A stretch of 64,000 nucleotides of DNA from the human T2T-CHM13v2.0 reference genome, Homo sapiens. Both the position numbers and the translations under genes were made by a program. Below the pieces are notes generated by a model. The model was not told where the DNA came from and did not search any database. It saw only the letters and a program-made list of their open reading frames with translations. Where the stretch lies: assembly GCF_009914755.1 (NCBI RefSeq), contig NC_060930.1; one strand, given 5' to 3'. This document shows positions 57,730 through 64,000 of this stretch, piece after piece (within the stretch, counting starts at the first letter, position 1; every line of letters starts with the position of its first letter).

Positions 57730-58118
57730 TGCTGTGATTTGAATGTTCGTCCCTCCAAAACTCATGCGAAACTTAATCCCCAATGTGGCAGTTTTGAGAG
57801 GTGGGGCTTTTAAGAGATGATTGGGTTATGAGGGCAGAGTCTACTTAATGGATTAATGGGTTAGCAGATTAATGGGTTATGATAGGCGTGGGACTGGTGG
57901 CTTTATAAGAGTAAGAGAAAGTTTAGCTACTATGTTCAGCCCCCTTGCCATGTGATGATGCCCTGTACTGCCTTGTGACTCTGTAGAGGGTCCCCTCCAT
58001 CAGATGCAGCCCATTGACCTTGGACTTCCCTGCCTCCAGAAGTGTAAGAAATTTTTTTTCTAATAAATTACCTAGTTTCAGCTATTTTGTTATAAGAAGC
58101 AGAAAATAGATTAAGACA
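57730..58118 (+). mobile_element. MSTD-like solo LTR
   Basis: TG...CA termini; ccctccaaaactcatg, ggattaatgggtta repeat; 5-bp TSD gaacc / gagcc. Confidence 0.88.
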
Positions 58119-58339
58119 GAGCCTAAAGGCTATTTTCCTACCAGGAATTATTAAGTAGGTAAAACATACTTAGATTTCACCCTCCATGAAAAGTCCATGT
58201 ATAATGTGAGTATATATAAGTTAAAGAGAGAGGAAAAAGAGAAAGATTATTCTGATTGATTTTCTGAGTACTTTTCCTCTTGAAAGTCATATTATGACCT
58301 TAAAGTTATGGATCTAATAGTGCTATTCAACAAAGAAGT

Positions 58340-58950
58340 GCTTTCTCCACCACGGAAAACAGTTTAGCAGGTTTTTAAAAATGTTGAATGTAAATTTACG
58401 ATACAACTCAACAATTCCACTCCTAAGTGTCTAGCCAAGAGAAATAAACGCATATATCCACATAAATATTTGAATTCAAATGGTGATAACTACTTTATTT
58501 GTAATACCAAGAACTGGAAACAAACTAAATGCTCACTAACTGATGAAGGGATAAACAAAATGTGGCATATTCATACAATGTAATATTATTCAACAATAAA
58601 AAGAAATGCTGTTTCATGTTCCAACATGGATGAAGCTTGAAAGCATGATGTCAACTGAAAGAAGTCAGCCACAAAAATACCACATATTGGATGATTTGTT
58701 TATATGAAATGTACAGAAAAAATAAATCTGCAAATATAGAAAATGGATTAGTGGTTGCTTAGGACCATTGCAATGGTTGCAATGGTCCCAGTATTGTTGG
58801 GAATGGGAAATGACAGCAAATGGGCATTAGATATTTTTAGGGAGATGAAAGTTTTCTGAAATTAGGCTGAGGTAGTGATTGTACAACTCTATAAATATAC
58901 ACTTAAAACAACTAAAATATAGGGTATATGAGTAATAAATAAGGCAGTTA
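58340..58950 (+). mobile_element. L1MB/ME-like 3' end
   Basis: caattccactcctaag...actggaaacaaactaaatgc...gaaagaagtcagccacaaaa. Confidence 0.8.
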
Positions 58951-59089
58951 AAATCAATCAGGGTAGTATACCATATTAAGAAAATGAAAGAAAAATCAAT
59001 AGATTCAGAAAAAGTAGATGACAAAATTCAGCATCTAGTTTAAAATTCTTCTCCCTATGAACCACATTCCAAGCAACTGAAAATATGAT

Positions 59090-59780
59090 ATATTAATTAG
59101 GCTGTAGTGAGTTATGTTCTAGTAACTGACAATCCCAAAATTTCAGTGGCTTAATATAATAAAAATGCATTTCTATCTCATACTAAATAGCCAACAGGTG
59201 TCACCAACAGAGGTTGGGGGAAACAGAGGCAGACTGTACTCATCACAGCGTTCAAAAGCAAAGTCTGACGGAAAATACGTCTTAATACCTGTTTCTGAGA
59301 TTTCAAAAAAAGAGGAAAGGAACATGGAAAATCCTGCCCTGCCTCTTATATCTTCTTCCAAGAAGTGAAGCACATCACTTCTGCTCATATTTCTTTTTTT
59401 TTTTTTTTTTTTTTTTTTTTTGTTTGAGACGGAGTCTCGCTCTGTAGCCCAAGGCTGGAGTGCAGTGGCGCGATCTCGGCTCACTGAAAGCTCCGCCACC
59501 CGGGTTCACTCCATTCTCCTGCCTCAGCCTCCCGAGTAGCTGGGACTACAGGCGCCCGCCACCGCACCCGGCTAATTTTTTGTATTTTTAGTAGAGATGG
59601 GGTTTCACCGTGTTAGCCAAGATTCTGCTCATATTTCATTGGCCAAAGTAAGGCACATGACCACAGCTAATTTCAAAATATACTCGAAAAAATTGCAATA
59701 CCTGCATATATGTTGCTACTGTATATGCAGAAAGAGGGAAAAGAAAATATCTGTAAGCAGCCTGATCACAACCACAACAT
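59090..59780 (-). mobile_element. Old MLT1 LTR interrupted by AluY
   Basis: aattaggc..gtaactgacaatcccaaaatttcagtggcttaa...cacatcacttctgctcatatttcattggccaaag. Confidence 0.7.
59394..59622 (-). mobile_element. 5'-truncated AluY
   Basis: aagctccgcc, ccattctcc, accgtgttagcc diagnostics; perfect 15-bp TSD ttctgctcatatttc. Confidence 0.95.
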
Positions 59781-60397
59781 GATACACCTTAATCTTTCTT
59801 TTGCACTGAATAAACCTGAGCAGAGTACAAGATAGCCCAGAACTCACTAACAAAGAATATGATAGGTTAAGAAAAGTAGATATGATGGGTTTGGTGGCTA
59901 AAGGATCAGAATTTATATTTAACAAGTCAATACTTTAGAGGAAAATTTGAAAACCATGGTTAGGCCTTAGATATTAAAGATTTAAAGCAACATTTTAAGG
60001 TAGACTTACATCTTAGGACTTAAAAGTTATGCTTCGGTAGTTGTTAAGACTTTAATGGAAAAAAATTTCTGCAATATTAATGGGAATAATATTGCTAAAG
60101 TAGTGAGCTTTTGCCCAGGCTGAGGCCTGGTCAGATATAAAAATTAGAGCTGTAAAAATAGCAATGGAGTCCATAACTTTATTGAAATATTAAAATCATT
60201 CAATAAATGTTAAATTTTATTACACAATTCTTTCTGCATCTCTCATAAAGATAATATGATTTTGCACTTTACGTTTTTAGCTATTGATAATGGTGAGCTA
60301 CCTACTTAAACACCACCTGTTAAAAAACCATGCTTATCTGTGTTTATTTTAGCACTCAGGAGAATAAATATAAATTTAAAAGACTAATAAATATATA

Positions 60398-60403
60398 CAT
60401 ATA

Positions 60404-60454
<51 letters not shown>
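60398..60454. repeat. (TG)/(TA)n microsatellite
   Basis: About 21 TA units seen directly. Confidence 0.95.
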
Positions 60455-60457
<3 letters not shown>

Positions 60458-61439
60458 TGTCAAGTATAAGGCGAAAAATAGAACAGCACTTTTCCCTGTA
60501 ACAATGATGAGTGGGGGCTGCAATATAAGGACAAAATTTCTAAAGTCATAGGTAAAATACAAAGGAATATTGAGTACAAAGTGACAGCACACTGTCATAT
60601 TTTTGAAGCTGATTTACAAGGTCTTTCTCTGTTCATTCATGTCAAGCAATGTTTTAGGTATGGGGTGATGGTTTGAAAATTATCAGTCAGATTATCACAG
60701 ATACCGTTAGAATTCTTGTTACTTTTTCATCACTGGTTAGTGGCTTGATAGGTTTTAATATTGCTTCATATACCCTTTTACCAAATACCACTATACATAT
60801 TACTGGTTTGTTTTTACCTTAGAGTTTTTTAAAGGTAAGACGTAAGTCCTAAAAGTTTCTCTTAGACATTTAAATTAGAGTATATTTAAGAAAAAAAAGG
60901 GACAAGACAGTGCAATTTTAAAGTCATTTGGCAAACTGATTCTGTCAAAAAAGCTTAGTTTCATTCTGTTTGCTGCAACAGCTTTTTTTTTCCATAGCTC
61001 CACTCTTCTTGTTCTTGTAATACATTTGGGAGGCCTGTCAAGGCCTATCCACTCTCTAAATAGCTTTGCAGATTAAATTTTTAACTCTCTTCTCTTCATG
61101 CAGATGTATATTTCTGACAAAGAATTGCCCTGAGATGTCAGCTTCCATTTTTCTCACTGGAGAGAGAGCATATAGGTGCAAGTGTGGAGTCTCAAGTCTC
61201 ACCCTCATCAGGAAACACACACATACACATAGATACTCATCTCTAGGACCATGCATCAATGTTGGTGTGGCTTCTTCCTTTTGAATTTTTTACTCATACT
61301 TTTTTCTCTCTCCTAACCCTTCCATGGGGCTGGAAGGTAATATTACAAAAGACTAAAACAAGAAAATAAATATAATATGTTTATTTTTGTAAGCTAATAA
61401 TCTTAATAATAAAGACATGCCATGGTGCTGAGATAGCAC

Positions 61440-61700
61440 CAAAGAATAGCATAAAGTCAAACTTGAGACTTGGGAGCTGGCTTCTTTTTCAGATAATGTC
61501 TGAGATGGACTTTAAAGGATGAGTTTATAAGGGAAGAAAGAGAGAAAAAAAAGTGAAAAGATCATTCCAAGCAAAGGAAACAACGTAATTAAAACTGTGA
61601 ATTTGTAGCAACAGCATGGTCTGTATAATAATCTTTAAAAATGTGAGTAATACTAAATTCCAAAAAAGTGAGGTTGAAAGTGGACATGACTTGTAATGTC
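61440..61700 (-). mobile_element. L2 fragment
   Basis: tctgagatggactttaaaggatgagt...cattccaagcaaaggaaacaac. Confidence 0.7.
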
Positions 61701-61984
61701 CTACAGAGCTAAAATGCATTCAGTACCAGAAAAGGGGATAACATTCTCTTAGCCTTTGGCAGGACTCATTTTAGGCCACATTGCTTTGGCATTCCTATAC
61801 ATTTGTCTGTTCTTGTAGCTTAATATGCAATTTGTAGAAACAGTCTATCTGGTGCCAGAATAATTTTTAAAAGGCACCCCCATTATCCATATTGAGAAGT
61901 TAAAAATGAATTTTATTGAATGAATTAAATGAATCAGTATGATTTTCAATTAAAATTAACCTAACACCAAAAAATAGAGTAGTA

Positions 61985-62150
61985 GTGAAATGAACACTTA
62001 ATTTATTAGAGGACATGAGCTTTAGTCTGAGCTTAGTCAACAACTAGTCATAGACCTTGAGCAAGTCACTTTAATCTTATTGCCCCTCAGTTTCCCTATC
62101 TGTAAAATAATAGAGTTAAATTACATGATTTTCTAAAGTCCATCCTAAAA
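61985..62150 (+). mobile_element. MIR
   Basis: gaccttgagcaagtcactttaatct...cctcagtttccctatctgtaaaat. Confidence 0.85.
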
Positions 62151-62155
62151 TCTGA

Positions 62156-62504
<349 letters not shown>

Positions 62505-62617
62505 TAGATTAATTCTTATACTTCCCCAACTTTAAACATATTCAAATAAGTGATAAAAATCAAAACTCTATTGAAACTCTTACCAAAAGAGTATCCAAAT
62601 TGTCAGCTTTTGAAGGC

Positions 62618-62773
62618 TGCACGCTACCACACCCAGCTAATTTTTGTATTATTTTTGTAGAGACGGGGTTTCACCATGTTGGCCAGGCTGGTCTCAAACT
62701 CCTGGCAGCAAGTGATCCACCCCACTCCACCTCCCAAAGTGCTGGGATTACAGATATTAGCCACAACCCTGGT
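62618..62773 (-). mobile_element. Partial Alu (left arm and linker only)
   Basis: ccacacccagctaatttttgtatt...agccacaaccctgg. Confidence 0.88.
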
Positions 62774-63459
62774 GTTGTAAATATTTAACTAGTGATCATA
62801 GGAGAGGATGCCTGATCAAAAATATCAAAAACAATATGAAATACATACACAAAAGTAATTATAAAAATCCCAAATCAACAAATTTGTATAAATTTACAAA
62901 CATATACATCTGGAAACATCATGCCAATATTATGTTTATGTGTTTAAAAATTGTTTTTTTCATTTAGAAATGCATAATAGTCATGGATGAAATTATATGG
63001 CATCTGAGATTGATTTCATAATAATTCAACATGTTGGGAGATGAGTAGCATTGGGTAGGAAAAAAAGAAACTAGATTAGCCATTAATTGATAAATATTGT
63101 GGTTGAAGAATGGCCACTAGGGAGTTCATTATTATCCACATTTGAATATGTTTTAATTTTACATAAGGATTTTTTAAATTTTTGTTTCTATGTTGAATAA
63201 AAACACAAAGGCATAGAATGCTGCATTCGTGTTTACAGGGGAAAGGCCATCATAAAATATTTGCATTTATTTTCATAAAGAAATATTGGAGACTAATAAA
63301 AGCAGTTATTTATGATGGTGGGAACAAAAAGAACAGCTGTTAAGTGTGGGAGCAAAAGTTCCCAATATATAACATTTGGTATCACTTTGATATTTAAATC
63401 ACGAATATATATTACCTATTCAAAAAGCTATAATTATTCCACTAAAATGTAATAGTGAT

Positions 63460-63900
63460 ACAATATTTTTTCAATAAATAGCACATTGATAATTAGATAT
63501 CCATATAAGAGAACAAATTAACCTTAATTCCTACCTCATACCATACACAAAGACCAATTCCACATGGTTTCTAAATCTAAATTTGAAGAGTATAATAATA
63601 AAGCTTTTGGAAGAAAATACAGGTGACTATCTTAATAGTTTGAAGGTAGACAATGACTTATTAAATAGGATGCAAAAATTACAAACCATAAAATAACAAA
63701 GTGGTAAATTGGAGTTCATTAAGAATGTCTTTATCAAAGAACATAATTCAAAAGGAAAAGTTGCAGTATGGCAGAAGGTACTTACAATATGTATAATAAT
63801 ATACATGTTGAATCCAAAATAATATCTAGGATATATATTTTTGAATTATATAGCTATAAAAATGGCAGATAAATCTATTTAAAATATAATAGACCTAATT
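63460..63900 (+). mobile_element. Old L1 ORF2 3' fragment
   Basis: ttttcaataaatag...cctacctcataccatacacaaa..aattcca...gaagaaaatacaggtga. Confidence 0.75.
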
Positions 63901-64000
63901 TTCCACTCTTCAAGTGTAACTGTAGGCAGTGACTTCCTTTCAATGAGTTTGGATAGGGAAGAAAAGAGTAATTTTAGAGTAGAGAAATTTGACAAAATAC

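Overview
Primate (human-like), AT-rich, non-coding genomic DNA dominated by interspersed repeats: a ~5.3 kb decayed L1MA-type element, several L1 3' fragments, about 17 Alus, MIR/L2, MaLR LTRs (MLT1/MST) and DNA-transposon remnants (MER2, MER5A, MER20, MER82, MER94, Tigger4a). I find no credible protein-coding exon, tRNA, rRNA or recognisable ncRNA. The ORF track is explained by L1/Alu remnants and chance ORFs. I cannot name the locus, and repeat subfamily calls are from memory of consensus sequences, not a search. I did not find a new multi-gene system. The unusual signals are mutational footprints: a perfect 93-bp dispersed duplication ending inside a hairpin; three tiny TSD-flanked insertions with little or no element body (one supplies a polypyrimidine tract to a possible splice acceptor); an old ~70%-identical local duplication; two copies of an unidentified TG-terminated element 40 kb apart; and several template-switch-type micro-duplications and palindromes.
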